A stretch of DNA of 64,000 bases from Minisyncoccia bacterium (GTDB taxonomy: Bacteria > Patescibacteriota > Minisyncoccia > Phycocordibacterales > UBA918): contig JBGSJJ010000005.1 in the NCBI GenBank assembly GCA_041742075.1, positions 17,648 through 81,647 on the forward strand, in the 5' to 3' direction. The stretch's first letter is position 1. Each line of letters opens with the position of its first letter. A program made the position numbers and the translations under genes. Positions 47,055 through 56,056 of the stretch are shown here, one piece after another. Below the pieces are notes generated by a model. That model worked only from the letters and a program-made list of their open reading frames with translations. It had not been told where the DNA came from and searched no databases.

Positions 47055-48458
47055 ATGAATACAAAACGATTAATCATGAGCCTCGGTATGCTCGCCTTTG
47101 TAGGTGCCGTGGTGGTAGGAGGAACCGGCGCGTTCTTTAGTGACCAAGAAGCGTCTGTCGGCAACGTGTTTGCCGCCGGTGACGTGGATGTTGAGATTCT
47201 AAACATTACTCATTCACCAGCTGAGCCAAACCTAGTTGGTTTTGAAGTATCTGAAGAAAGCTTCACGTTTTCTTTTGCTGACCTTAAGCCACTTGATACT
47301 GGAACTGTTACCTATACAATCCAAAATGATTCAAACCCAGCTTATGTCTGTGCCATGGTGGAAGAGACTGGAAACAATGACAACGCGACTAATGACCCGG
47401 AAGAAGACGCTGGTGATGACTCACCCGGAGTTGGTGAGGGTGAACTGGGACAATTTCTTAGTTTCAAGTTTGGTGATGAAACAGGCACCCTTGAAGCTAT
47501 CAGTGGTCTCTGGCAGACTGTTGGTGAGGTTGTTAACAATAACTCTATTCCTGCAGAAATTGACTACTGTTTCGGAGAATTTGACGGGCTAAACTGTGTG
47601 CTTGACGAAGATGCTGTGTATAACATGGCTCAGACAGATCAGCTTACAGCTGACGTGAAGTTCTACGCTGTGCAGACCCGAAACAATGAAGATTTCGACT
47701 GTTCTAGCTTGAATGAAGAGGTTGAACCAGATGTTTTAGCTAGTTATGCGACAGGTTTTGAACCAAATACATTCGCAGTTGGAAACATTAACACACAAGA
47801 TAATTGGGAAAAAACAGGTCCATTCGATGCTGCGGTTGTAAACAATCCTGCGATTGAAGGGTTGCAGTCACTTCGTATTTCAAATGCAGTTACGAGTGGC
47901 AGTTTTGGAGATCAGACCTTCTCACCTGAGCTTGCTATAGGAGCTGGGGAGACAGGAGTAGCTCCGGCAAAACGATTTGAGGCGGAATTCGAAATTTCTT
48001 CAATGCAAGTTGCTGAACAACCAGGCTTAGCGGTAACAGTTTCGCCAGACGATGGTAGTGGGTCACGAATGAGTTTCCTTCGTTTTTCAGATACACCAGC
48101 GGGAATTGATGTAACATTCTTCGATGCTACAAACCCTGGACCACTACCAACTGCGACAGCATTTAACCCGACTGTGATAGCGTCACTTGATCGAAGTATC
48201 TCTCACACTGTAAAGATGACTCTAGATTTTGTAGATGGACCTGGAAACGATATTGTTAAGGTCTACATTGATGGTGTACTTGAGCACACAGGAACTACTT
48301 GGGAAGACTATTATCGATTTGATTCAGAGCAATCAGGAAATGGAAATACTCTGTTTGCTGTTGATTCACTTCTATTCCGAACTTCAGGTACAGCAGCTCC
48401 AGCCACCTCTGGTGCAGGTTACTTGTTTGACACTTTAGTACTTACAACTAGTAACTAA
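47055..48458 (+). CDS. TasA/CalY/camelysin-family (peptidase M73-like) secreted protein with a SipW-cognate signal peptide and a C-terminal jelly-roll extension
   Basis: N-terminus ..VVVGGTGAFFSDQEASVGNVFAAGDVDVEI (SipW-cognate class). F.FADLKPLDTG..IQN and FYAVQTRNNEDF match camelysin core motifs. About 250 aa of extra C-terminal domain. Confidence 0.65.
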   Translation: MNTKRLIMSLGMLAFVGAVVVGGTGAFFSDQEASVGNVFAAGDVDVEILNITHSPAEPNLVGFEVSEESFTFSFADLKPLDTGTVTYTIQNDSNPAYVCAMVEETGNNDNATNDPEEDAGDDSPGVGEGELGQFLSFKFGDETGTLEAISGLWQTVGEVVNNNSIPAEIDYCFGEFDGLNCVLDEDAVYNMAQTDQLTADVKFYAVQTRNNEDFDCSSLNEEVEPDVLASYATGFEPNTFAVGNINTQDNWEKTGPFDAAVVNNPAIEGLQSLRISNAVTSGSFGDQTFSPELAIGAGETGVAPAKRFEAEFEISSMQVAEQPGLAVTVSPDDGSGSRMSFLRFSDTPAGIDVTFFDATNPGPLPTATAFNPTVIASLDRSISHTVKMTLDFVDGPGNDIVKVYIDGVLEHTGTTWEDYYRFDSEQSGNGNTLFAVDSLLFRTSGTAAPATSGAGYLFDTLVLTTSN

Positions 48459-48578
48459 CGAAATGTAGGGGTTGCATAATTTAGTCTTGACGAAAGTTAC
48501 TTCACACTTGAGAGGAGTAACTGGGTCAAGGCTTAAGTAATGCCTGATGAAAATTAGTTACTAATTATAACGAACGAT

Positions 48579-49883
48579 ATGAAACGAATTATTGGAAGTA
48601 GTGTGATGCTCTTGGCTGTTTTGGCCATTATAGTGGGTGGTACTGGTGCGTTTTTCAGTGATGAAGAGGTTTCAACTGGAAACGTGTTTACCGCTGGTGC
48701 TATCGACCTCACGGTAGACCAAGCGGAAGCCAGCTATAACGGCGAAAGTTGTGTAAACAACTGTGTCGCGAGTGGAAATGAACTCATTATTAATGGTGGT
48801 TTTGAAGACCCTGTGTTGAATAATCCAAACTACCAGATGTTTCCAACCGGTATCCTTGGTTGGAGTGTTGAGTCTGGGGCTGGTATTGAAGTTCAGCGAA
48901 ACGCAGCTGGTGCACCACATAGTGGAGCACAGCATGTTGAACTCGATAGTGATAACTCAACCACGATGTTCCAGACTCTTACCACAGTGGCCGGACAAAA
49001 GTACCGACTGTCATTTTGGCACTCACCACGACCGAATCGTCCCAACAACGACAACGTGATTGGTTATGAGGTGCAGGTGGTAAGTGGTGCAACCACTATT
49101 ATTGATGGTGTTGTTGGTGTTAATAACGCCGGTGGCAATACTACGGGCAATACTGTGTGGACACAGTACACGTACGACTTTATTGCAACTGATACTTCTA
49201 CCAAAATCATCTTTAGTGACCAAGGGACTGTTTTGAGTAACACGTACGGCGGATACCTCGACGATGTATCAGTTAAAACAATTACCTGTTCAGTTAGCAC
49301 CTACGCTGATACTCAGGGTGGATTCTGTGAACTTTGGGAGGCGACTGACCTCACGACCCAGAAGTTCTTTAATTTCTCTGATGTGAAGCCACAAGACTCT
49401 GGAACCAACCTTATTTCTCTCCACGTTGAAAACAACGAAGCCTACATGTGTCTCACTGTGGCTAACCAGGAAGATAATGAAAACCTAACTAATGATCCTG
49501 AACTTGAAGCAGGTGATGTACTCCCAGCTGGCGAGCTGTCTGAACACCTGATGGTAGCTGGTTGGTATAGTGACGAAAATGGTGCCAATCTCTCACCAAT
49601 GTTTGGTCCAACGTACATGAATGACCTTGAAGACATTACGTTTGCTGACAGTGACTCGACCGAAGACCCGATTGAGCCCGGCGCGACAAAGTATGTAAAC
49701 CTGGCGTGGTGTCTTGGTACGCTTACGGTTACCGGTAACACCTTTACCTGTGACGGTGATGTACCAAACATCAATCGAACTCAGACCGACTCTCTTTTAG
49801 CTGACCTTCAGTTCTACGCGGTCCAAACCCGAAACAACGAGGAATTCTCTTGCGAAGCGGTTGAAGAAACCCCAGATCTCTAA
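48579..49883 (+). CDS. TasA/camelysin-family protein with a SipW-cognate signal peptide and an inserted DUF642-like domain
   Basis: N-terminus ..IIVGGTGAFFSDEEVSTGNVFTAGAIDLTVD. Inserted LIINGGFEDP...VELDSD...FQTLTTVAGQKYRLSFWHSPRPN. Then F.FSDVKPQDSG and FYAVQTRNNEEF. Confidence 0.65.
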   Translation: MKRIIGSSVMLLAVLAIIVGGTGAFFSDEEVSTGNVFTAGAIDLTVDQAEASYNGESCVNNCVASGNELIINGGFEDPVLNNPNYQMFPTGILGWSVESGAGIEVQRNAAGAPHSGAQHVELDSDNSTTMFQTLTTVAGQKYRLSFWHSPRPNRPNNDNVIGYEVQVVSGATTIIDGVVGVNNAGGNTTGNTVWTQYTYDFIATDTSTKIIFSDQGTVLSNTYGGYLDDVSVKTITCSVSTYADTQGGFCELWEATDLTTQKFFNFSDVKPQDSGTNLISLHVENNEAYMCLTVANQEDNENLTNDPELEAGDVLPAGELSEHLMVAGWYSDENGANLSPMFGPTYMNDLEDITFADSDSTEDPIEPGATKYVNLAWCLGTLTVTGNTFTCDGDVPNINRTQTDSLLADLQFYAVQTRNNEEFSCEAVEETPDL

Positions 49884-49961
49884 GGAACTGGTAGTCTAAC
49901 TCTGTGCGGGCAAACACCATTTGCTCGCACTCCTTAGGCTAGCAGGGTCTATTCGTACATT

Positions 49962-50486
49962 ATGCAAACACTTTTAAAACTCGGCTACTATCTACTGGCA
50001 CTGTCTGTGCTGGTCTTCGGTATGCTTTTAGTTTTGATTCAGACACAGGTTCTGTCGGGATATGAAGTGCGGATTGTGCAGTCAGGCTCAATGGAGCCGG
50101 CGCTTACTACTGGGAGTGTGGTACTGATACGGGAGCAAGCGAGCTATCTTGTGGGCGATATCATCACCTACGGTGATGAGCGTTCTGGCAGTCTACCAAC
50201 CACGCACCGTATCGTGGCTGACCAACTACAGGAAGGAAAGATTGCCTTTACTACCAAAGGTGATGCAAACGATAGTGAAGACCAGTCAGTTACGAGCCTT
50301 GAGTCTGTGCGCGGTAAAGTGATTTTAGACATACCATATCTCGGATATTTGCTCGATTTTGCCAGACAACCACTCGGGTTTGCGCTCCTTATCGGTGTGC
50401 CAGCCGGGCTGATTGTGTTTGAAGAAGTTGGGTCAATTTGGTCAGCGGTACGAAATCGTAAAGAAGACGAAATAGAAAAAGTATGA
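49962..50486 (+). CDS. sipW: Signal peptidase I, SipW type (S26B, eukaryotic/archaeal-like)
   Basis: TM helix, then VQSGSMEPAL (catalytic Ser) and GDIITY..., the length and motif order of SipW. ATGA overlap with the next gene. Confidence 0.8.
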   Translation: MQTLLKLGYYLLALSVLVFGMLLVLIQTQVLSGYEVRIVQSGSMEPALTTGSVVLIREQASYLVGDIITYGDERSGSLPTTHRIVADQLQEGKIAFTTKGDANDSEDQSVTSLESVRGKVILDIPYLGYLLDFARQPLGFALLIGVPAGLIVFEEVGSIWSAVRNRKEDEIEKV

Positions 50487-51328
50487 GGTATCAACCACTA
50501 CAACAAGTATGGCAAAAATCCATCACACTGATGGCGATTCTGGCTGTACTTGGTGTACCAGTGACGACGGAGAGCTTTTTCACGAACCTTGAGACGTCAA
50601 CTGCTCAGGGTTTTGTCGCGACTGAACTGATTCTTGAAACACCTGCACCTATCGCTCCAGTCACCGTTGGTCCGGGGGTGTCGCTTAGTGAAGTAAGGAT
50701 AGTTCCAATTCTCACCACTGAAGCCAGTACTGAGTCATTTTTTGAACTGACTAGTCAAGCAGTCAGTAGTGACGGTCTCTTTTGTGATGCGCTTAAGCTC
50801 AGCGCTTCATGGGAAGCTTTTTCAGTCAGTAGCCACCCAGACACTCTTGATTCGGCCAGTTTGACTGACTATGGTGACTGGCAACTGACGCTAGACTACG
50901 ACGTAACCCAACATGACTTCGAAACGGGGGCTACCTGCACTATTACGCTTTCGGTTGAAGCCTGGCAAGCCAGTATGTCGCAAGAAACCGCTGGGTATCG
51001 CGACACGACCGAGGTAGAACTTGTCGTGACCGCTGACATGTCGCTCGTGGATTCTTTGCATACTCTCGGTGCTCGCGCTTCGGTCGCTGGACTTCCACTG
51101 ACTCAGCTGAGTATCTTGCTTGATGAACCAGAAATAGTTGAAGTTGAGCCAGTTGAGGCGGGTATTCTAGAGCCAACAGTAGTTGAATCGCCAATTGTGG
51201 AGGAACCAGTCGAGCCTGCTCATGAAGACCTGCCGGAAGTAGAGGAAGTTGATGCACAGCCTGAGGAAGAAGTACCAGAAGCTGAAGCACCACCTGAACC
51301 AGAGCCTACACCTGAAGAAACATCATGA
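50483..51328 (+). CDS. TapA-like secreted acidic protein with a SipW-cognate-like N-terminus
   Basis: TM segment, then TTESFFTNLETSTAQGFVATELIL (FF[ST][DN].E.S...F.A..L.L pattern). C-terminal E/P-rich acidic tail. Translationally coupled to sipW and to the next gene. Confidence 0.4.
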   Translation: MRYQPLQQVWQKSITLMAILAVLGVPVTTESFFTNLETSTAQGFVATELILETPAPIAPVTVGPGVSLSEVRIVPILTTEASTESFFELTSQAVSSDGLFCDALKLSASWEAFSVSSHPDTLDSASLTDYGDWQLTLDYDVTQHDFETGATCTITLSVEAWQASMSQETAGYRDTTEVELVVTADMSLVDSLHTLGARASVAGLPLTQLSILLDEPEIVEVEPVEAGILEPTVVESPIVEEPVEPAHEDLPEVEEVDAQPEEEVPEAEAPPEPEPTPEETS

Positions 51329-52380
51329 TAACTACTCTTAAAACAACCTGGGGAGGACTTTTCTGTGGGTTATTGCTATGGCTTATGCTTCCTGTAAGTG
51401 CGCTCGCGGCCGACTTGGCAGTCGTGTTTGAAGCGACGCCACTTTTTTCGAGCGCCAACATTGTACCCGGTGATAGTGTGAGTCGGACTATCGAAGTAAG
51501 TAATACCGGTACCGAAACGGAAGCTCTACTTCTGTCAGTGGCAAACACTTTCAGTAGTGGGTTGAGTGAGGTGATGTTACTTACGGTAACAAGTGGAAGT
51601 GATAGCTTTTTTGAGGGTACCTTTGTGGAGTTTTTTACCGCTACCCCGGTACCCCTGGGCGATATAGCTGATAGTTCTAGTCGTACCTACACCCTCACGG
51701 CTTCATTGCCAAGTGGGATAGGTAACGAATACCAGCTCGAAACGCTCGGCTTTGACCTCGTGATTGGTTTTGAAGGAGGTGAAACGGTGACGGATGGAGA
51801 GCCAGAAAGAAGTAGTGGTGGAGGCGGCGGAGGTGGTAGTTTTGACCTGTTTAATGAACGAGTAGTGGCGGTAGAACCAAGTACAGGAAGCGCGACAGTG
51901 ACGTGGAATACGAATCGGAACAGTTCCTCATATCTGATTTGTGGCAACCTTGAGGACGGACCGTTTTCCCTTAGTACCAACCCTCCGCTTTTTGGATACG
52001 TGTTTAGTGTGCCAGAAGAAGATACCGATACCGTCTCACACAGTATGACGCTGACTGATTTGGCGCTTGGTAGCTATGAGTGTCGGCCGGCTAGTCGAGA
52101 GGAATCAATTGATGATTTTACCGTAGGGCGAGTCGTAGAGTTTGACTTCACAAGCAATTTTGTCCCGGTTGGTTCAGTCTTAGGGGTCGGAACGACCTCG
52201 GGTGTGGATGTAGTACCTATGCCTGACGTTAAGGGAGCACAAGTATCCCTCTTACCTGATGGTGGACTTAACCTTGGTTTTGGCTACGTACCATATCGCA
52301 CACTGGTTCCGGTCGGTGTGGGCCTACTCTTAGTAGTGATTCTTTTAGTCTACTTACGTCGTTTCGTCAGAAGGAGCTAG
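51325..52380 (+). CDS. Membrane-anchored camelysin/TasA-like plus FN3-like protein with a C-terminal hydrophobic/basic anchor
   Basis: Sec signal (SALAADL). LFSSANIVPGDSVSRTIEVSNTG (camelysin NxKPGD-like). Gly-rich linker. FN3-like EPSTGSATVTWNTN. C-terminus ..LVPVGVGLLLVVILLVYLRRFVRRS. Confidence 0.4.
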   Translation: MITTLKTTWGGLFCGLLLWLMLPVSALAADLAVVFEATPLFSSANIVPGDSVSRTIEVSNTGTETEALLLSVANTFSSGLSEVMLLTVTSGSDSFFEGTFVEFFTATPVPLGDIADSSSRTYTLTASLPSGIGNEYQLETLGFDLVIGFEGGETVTDGEPERSSGGGGGGGSFDLFNERVVAVEPSTGSATVTWNTNRNSSSYLICGNLEDGPFSLSTNPPLFGYVFSVPEEDTDTVSHSMTLTDLALGSYECRPASREESIDDFTVGRVVEFDFTSNFVPVGSVLGVGTTSGVDVVPMPDVKGAQVSLLPDGGLNLGFGYVPYRTLVPVGVGLLLVVILLVYLRRFVRRS

Positions 52381-52533
52381 TAAGCAATTTGACAAGATTG
52401 TAAATATACGGTTATTCACAACTGTGGATAATTATTGACAAGACAATAAAACTCCATTGCGGTATATACTTACCGTATGTGAGACTTTTATAAGTCACAT
52501 TTTATATAAATAGTAGATAAATGAATTAGAGTT

Positions 52534-54108
52534 ATGAATTATAAAATAGTAGAACAAACTGCCAAGAACACCCTCGTGATTTTGGCAACCCTCGCACTCC
52601 TTACTAGTGCGTTCCCGGCGTCTTTAGCGTCAGCTCAAGTTGTTTTAGACGAACCAGAGTGTTTAATTGAAACACCAAACTTGATTGATAATGGTGGTTT
52701 TGAAGACCCTAATGTCACTGATGCAGCAGGTTGGGACATTTTTGACGAATCAGAAACAAACTGGAATGTAGAATGGATAAATGGTGGTGAAAGTGCTCCA
52801 GATCCAGAACTTGAAATCCATAAGGGCTCTGTATTTGGTTGGGGAGTAGAAGAAGGTGAGCAGTATGCTGAACTTGATAGTGACTTTGACGGTCCAGCTG
52901 GTTCAATCCAAGATGAACCAGCTTCACTTGAAATCTCTCAGAAAGTAGCAGTTGAAGAAGGAGCAACGTATAAGTTGTCATGGCTTTTCTCAGCTCGGCC
53001 AGATACTGGAGAAAGTGATAATGAACTAAATGTAGAAGTTGCACTTGGCGATGGAAATGTAAATACAACCAATAGTGCAAATGGAGGTTCTGATACAGAT
53101 TGGACGGCTGATTATCTTGTTTTTGAAGCAGATACAGAGAACATCGTCGTTTCATTCACTGATGAAGGAACACCAAACTCTCGCGGAACATTCCTCGATG
53201 GTGTGTCGCTTTGTAAGGTAGCAGAACCAGAAACTTCAACTGTAGACTTAACTGTCTGTAAGCTTGATACGCAAGAAGCAGGAGTAGAAGGTTGGGAATT
53301 TGAAGTTACCAACGATTCTGACTCAGAAGGTGGTTCATTTATTGTGACGACTGGTGAAGACGGGTGTGTTACGACACAAGTAGATCCAGAATTTGGTCCA
53401 TGGTATGTGTATGAAGTTGAACAGGAAGGATGGGTGTATGTAAATCATAGTGCTGATTTTGGTGAGGCGATTGATGTGCAGGGGAACAATGCCTGTCGAT
53501 TCTTCAATCGAGAAATAATCGATGAACAACTAACTACTAGATTAGTTAAGGTACTAGATACTGCTCCAGAGCTAAACTGCACGTTTGTAAATGAGCGCGA
53601 GCCAGAAGAAGGGAATGATGACCTTACCTGTTCACTTACAACAAGCGAAGACTCAGTCAGTAGTGGCGAAGAATTTACCCTTACTTGGGAGACTACAAAT
53701 GCTTCAAACGTATCAATCACTAACTTAGGCGATGTAGCGGTAGATGGTTCAGCTGAAACTACAATCGATACTGACACAACCTTTACACTTATCGCTAGCC
53801 GTTTTGTTGGAGAAGAAGAGACTGAAGAAACTGTACAATGTAGTGTAGAAGTCGACCGTCAATCAGGCGGCGGAGGTGGGGGAACACGAGTTAATCGTGA
53901 CGAACCAGAAGAAGATGAGGAGCCAGAGCCTGAAGTCTTGGGTGACAGTACTTCAATTCCACAAGGCGTAGTACTCGGTGACCAAATTTCAGCCGTACCA
54001 CTTGGTGCAGCTTCAACGGGAGCTGGTGGAACTTCACCAGTAGCACCAGTACAGCCGTATCTCGCTGCTTTGGCTATCAATGCAGTTCGAGTTGGAAAAG
54101 TGAAATAA
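52534..54108 (+). CDS. Secreted DUF642-like-domain surface protein with the same C-terminal sorting signal as the giant adhesin
   Basis: Signal peptide. LIDNGGFEDP...AELDSD...ISQKVAVEEGATYKLSWLFSARPD. Beta-sandwich repeats. Then VVLGDQISAVPLGAASTGAGGT, a hydrophobic stretch and RVGKVK. Confidence 0.6.
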   Translation: MNYKIVEQTAKNTLVILATLALLTSAFPASLASAQVVLDEPECLIETPNLIDNGGFEDPNVTDAAGWDIFDESETNWNVEWINGGESAPDPELEIHKGSVFGWGVEEGEQYAELDSDFDGPAGSIQDEPASLEISQKVAVEEGATYKLSWLFSARPDTGESDNELNVEVALGDGNVNTTNSANGGSDTDWTADYLVFEADTENIVVSFTDEGTPNSRGTFLDGVSLCKVAEPETSTVDLTVCKLDTQEAGVEGWEFEVTNDSDSEGGSFIVTTGEDGCVTTQVDPEFGPWYVYEVEQEGWVYVNHSADFGEAIDVQGNNACRFFNREIIDEQLTTRLVKVLDTAPELNCTFVNEREPEEGNDDLTCSLTTSEDSVSSGEEFTLTWETTNASNVSITNLGDVAVDGSAETTIDTDTTFTLIASRFVGEEETEETVQCSVEVDRQSGGGGGGTRVNRDEPEEDEEPEPEVLGDSTSIPQGVVLGDQISAVPLGAASTGAGGTSPVAPVQPYLAALAINAVRVGKVK

Positions 54109-54126
54109 TTACTTAGTTCAGGAAAC

Positions 54127-54158
54127 AAAACCGCGCGACTTTTAGTCGCGCGGTTTTC
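54127..54158 (+). terminator. Intrinsic terminator
   Basis: AAAACCGCGCGACttttaGTCGCGCGGTTTT. Confidence 0.65.
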
Positions 54159-54214
54159 GTCTATGCTCACCCCTTAGTACACTCCGAACTAAAAGAATGA
54201 TAATCTAAAGCGTA

Positions 54215-55213
54215 ATGAATACAGTTGCTACAAGTATTACTCCTGTTTTTTCTCACGAAACAGCCGGCAAGATTATGGCTACTCAGGTGCCGGTATTTTT
54301 AGTTTCGGAATCGCTCTCACACGTAGAAGAAGTTTTACGTAAGGATGCGCTTACGTTCAAAACAATCAACTATATTTACTTTGTTGATGAGGCCAGAAAG
54401 CTGGTTGGCGTGCTCTCAATTAAAGAGTTGCTATGCTGTAGTGACACGTATACGGTAGAGCAAATAACTACTAAAAAAATTTTTAGTGTTACCGCTGATA
54501 CCGACCAAGAACATATTGCGTTTCTCGCCCTGAAGCATAGTATCAAGGCGGTGCCTGTAGTTGATGATTCTGGTGTGTTTCTTGGAGTAGTGTCTTCAGA
54601 TACCATTCTTTCCATTCTTCATAGTGAGTCAATTGAAGACGCCCTGCATCATACGGGAACAGTGATTTTTGAAGACCCACTCGCGAGTCTCCGAACTGGT
54701 TCGGCTTGGCTTCACTTTAAGAAGCGAATCCCGTGGCTCATTATGGGCTTGGGTGGAGGAATTGGAGCCGCACTCGTCATTGAGGCCTTTGAGTCAACCC
54801 TAGAACAATTACTTATTTTGGCTACGTTTATTCCGCTTGTTGTCTATATGGCTGATGCGGTTGGCTCTCAGTCACAGACCATTTTTATTCGTTCACTCGC
54901 TCTCCCCGACACGCTGAGTATACGAGGCTATATCTTCCGAGAGCTAAAAGTAACTGCCATGATTGCCCTGTCACTCAGCGCTATTATGTTTATCGTGCTA
55001 TCGCTTTGGTTTGCATCATTTTTGGTAGGGACTATTGTCGCACTGACTATTTTATGTGGCGTGAGTGTGTCTGTGCTGATTGCGATGACCTTGCCGTATA
55101 CGTTTAAAAAGTTTAACTTTGACCCAGCACTTGCCAGTGGTCCTTTTGCAACGGTACTGTGTGACACTTCAAGCCTCCTCATCTATTTTTGTATTGCTAG
55201 TCTGATCTTATAG
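54215..55213 (+). CDS. MgtE-like divalent cation transporter, short form lacking the N-domain (CBS pair plus TM domain)
   Basis: CBS-pair region, then the MgtE TM signature FIPLVVYMADAVGSQSQTIFIRSL and 5 TM helices. Paralog of the gene at 233-1495. Confidence 0.75.
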   Translation: MNTVATSITPVFSHETAGKIMATQVPVFLVSESLSHVEEVLRKDALTFKTINYIYFVDEARKLVGVLSIKELLCCSDTYTVEQITTKKIFSVTADTDQEHIAFLALKHSIKAVPVVDDSGVFLGVVSSDTILSILHSESIEDALHHTGTVIFEDPLASLRTGSAWLHFKKRIPWLIMGLGGGIGAALVIEAFESTLEQLLILATFIPLVVYMADAVGSQSQTIFIRSLALPDTLSIRGYIFRELKVTAMIALSLSAIMFIVLSLWFASFLVGTIVALTILCGVSVSVLIAMTLPYTFKKFNFDPALASGPFATVLCDTSSLLIYFCIASLIL

Positions 55214-55267
55214 CTCAAAATTCGACTCATTTATAATTACCCGTGAATCTGCTATGGTAGTAGTATT

Positions 55268-55945
55268 ATGAAGAAAGCGGGTATACAGACCGAAGGGAAC
55301 CAGAGTACACGATGGCTGTTTGCTAAACTAGCAGTATTTTTGGTAGTTTTTCTCGCGCTAATGCTTTTTTTGAAAGTCTCTTCAACTGAGGCACCGGCAC
55401 CAGATACCATAGAAGAGTCGGTTACCGCAAGTACAACAATTCAAGGTACGATTCTTTCAGAATCGAGTCCTAACCGACTCCGTATTCCGAAGGTTAATAT
55501 TGATACTACTTTTGAAAAAGCACTCGGACTCAATGAAGACAAAACGGTTGAAGTACCCGTTGGGTATGAGCAGGTTGGGTGGTACAAGTTTGGGCCGACG
55601 CCAGGGGAGCTTGGGCCGGCAGTGATTCTTGGTCATGTTGATTCAGTTGATGGTCCGGCGGTTTTTTGGTCACTGGGGCAACTGACTGCTGGCGACGAGA
55701 TTTTTATTGACCGTGAGGACGGTAGTACAGCTCGTTTTGTGGTGACTGAACTTAAAAAAGTATCGCAAAATGATTTCCCGAGTCAAGTAGTGTATGGCGA
55801 CATTGATCACGCTGGACTCAGACTCATTACGTGTAGTGGAACGTTTAATCGGGGTGCCCAGCGCTATAGCCATAACCTAATTGTGTTTGCCAAGCTCGCT
55901 GAGGAACCAACCGGCGAAGAAGAAACCGAAGCAGAAACTCTCTAG
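55268..55945 (+). CDS. Sortase (class E/F-like transpeptidase)
   Basis: N-terminal TM anchor. VILGHVDS (catalytic His), LRLITCSG (TLxTC Cys), downstream Arg in TFNRG. 225 aa. Confidence 0.8.
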   Translation: MKKAGIQTEGNQSTRWLFAKLAVFLVVFLALMLFLKVSSTEAPAPDTIEESVTASTTIQGTILSESSPNRLRIPKVNIDTTFEKALGLNEDKTVEVPVGYEQVGWYKFGPTPGELGPAVILGHVDSVDGPAVFWSLGQLTAGDEIFIDREDGSTARFVVTELKKVSQNDFPSQVVYGDIDHAGLRLITCSGTFNRGAQRYSHNLIVFAKLAEEPTGEEETEAETL

Positions 55946-56056
55946 AGCGATACTTGTTCTGTAGAAAGAAGTAGTTTTACTACGGAGTGGTAGGGTATAC
56001 TGAGATAAACGTTGTAAAACATTGACTTTTTCACGTAAACATGCTATAATATACAT

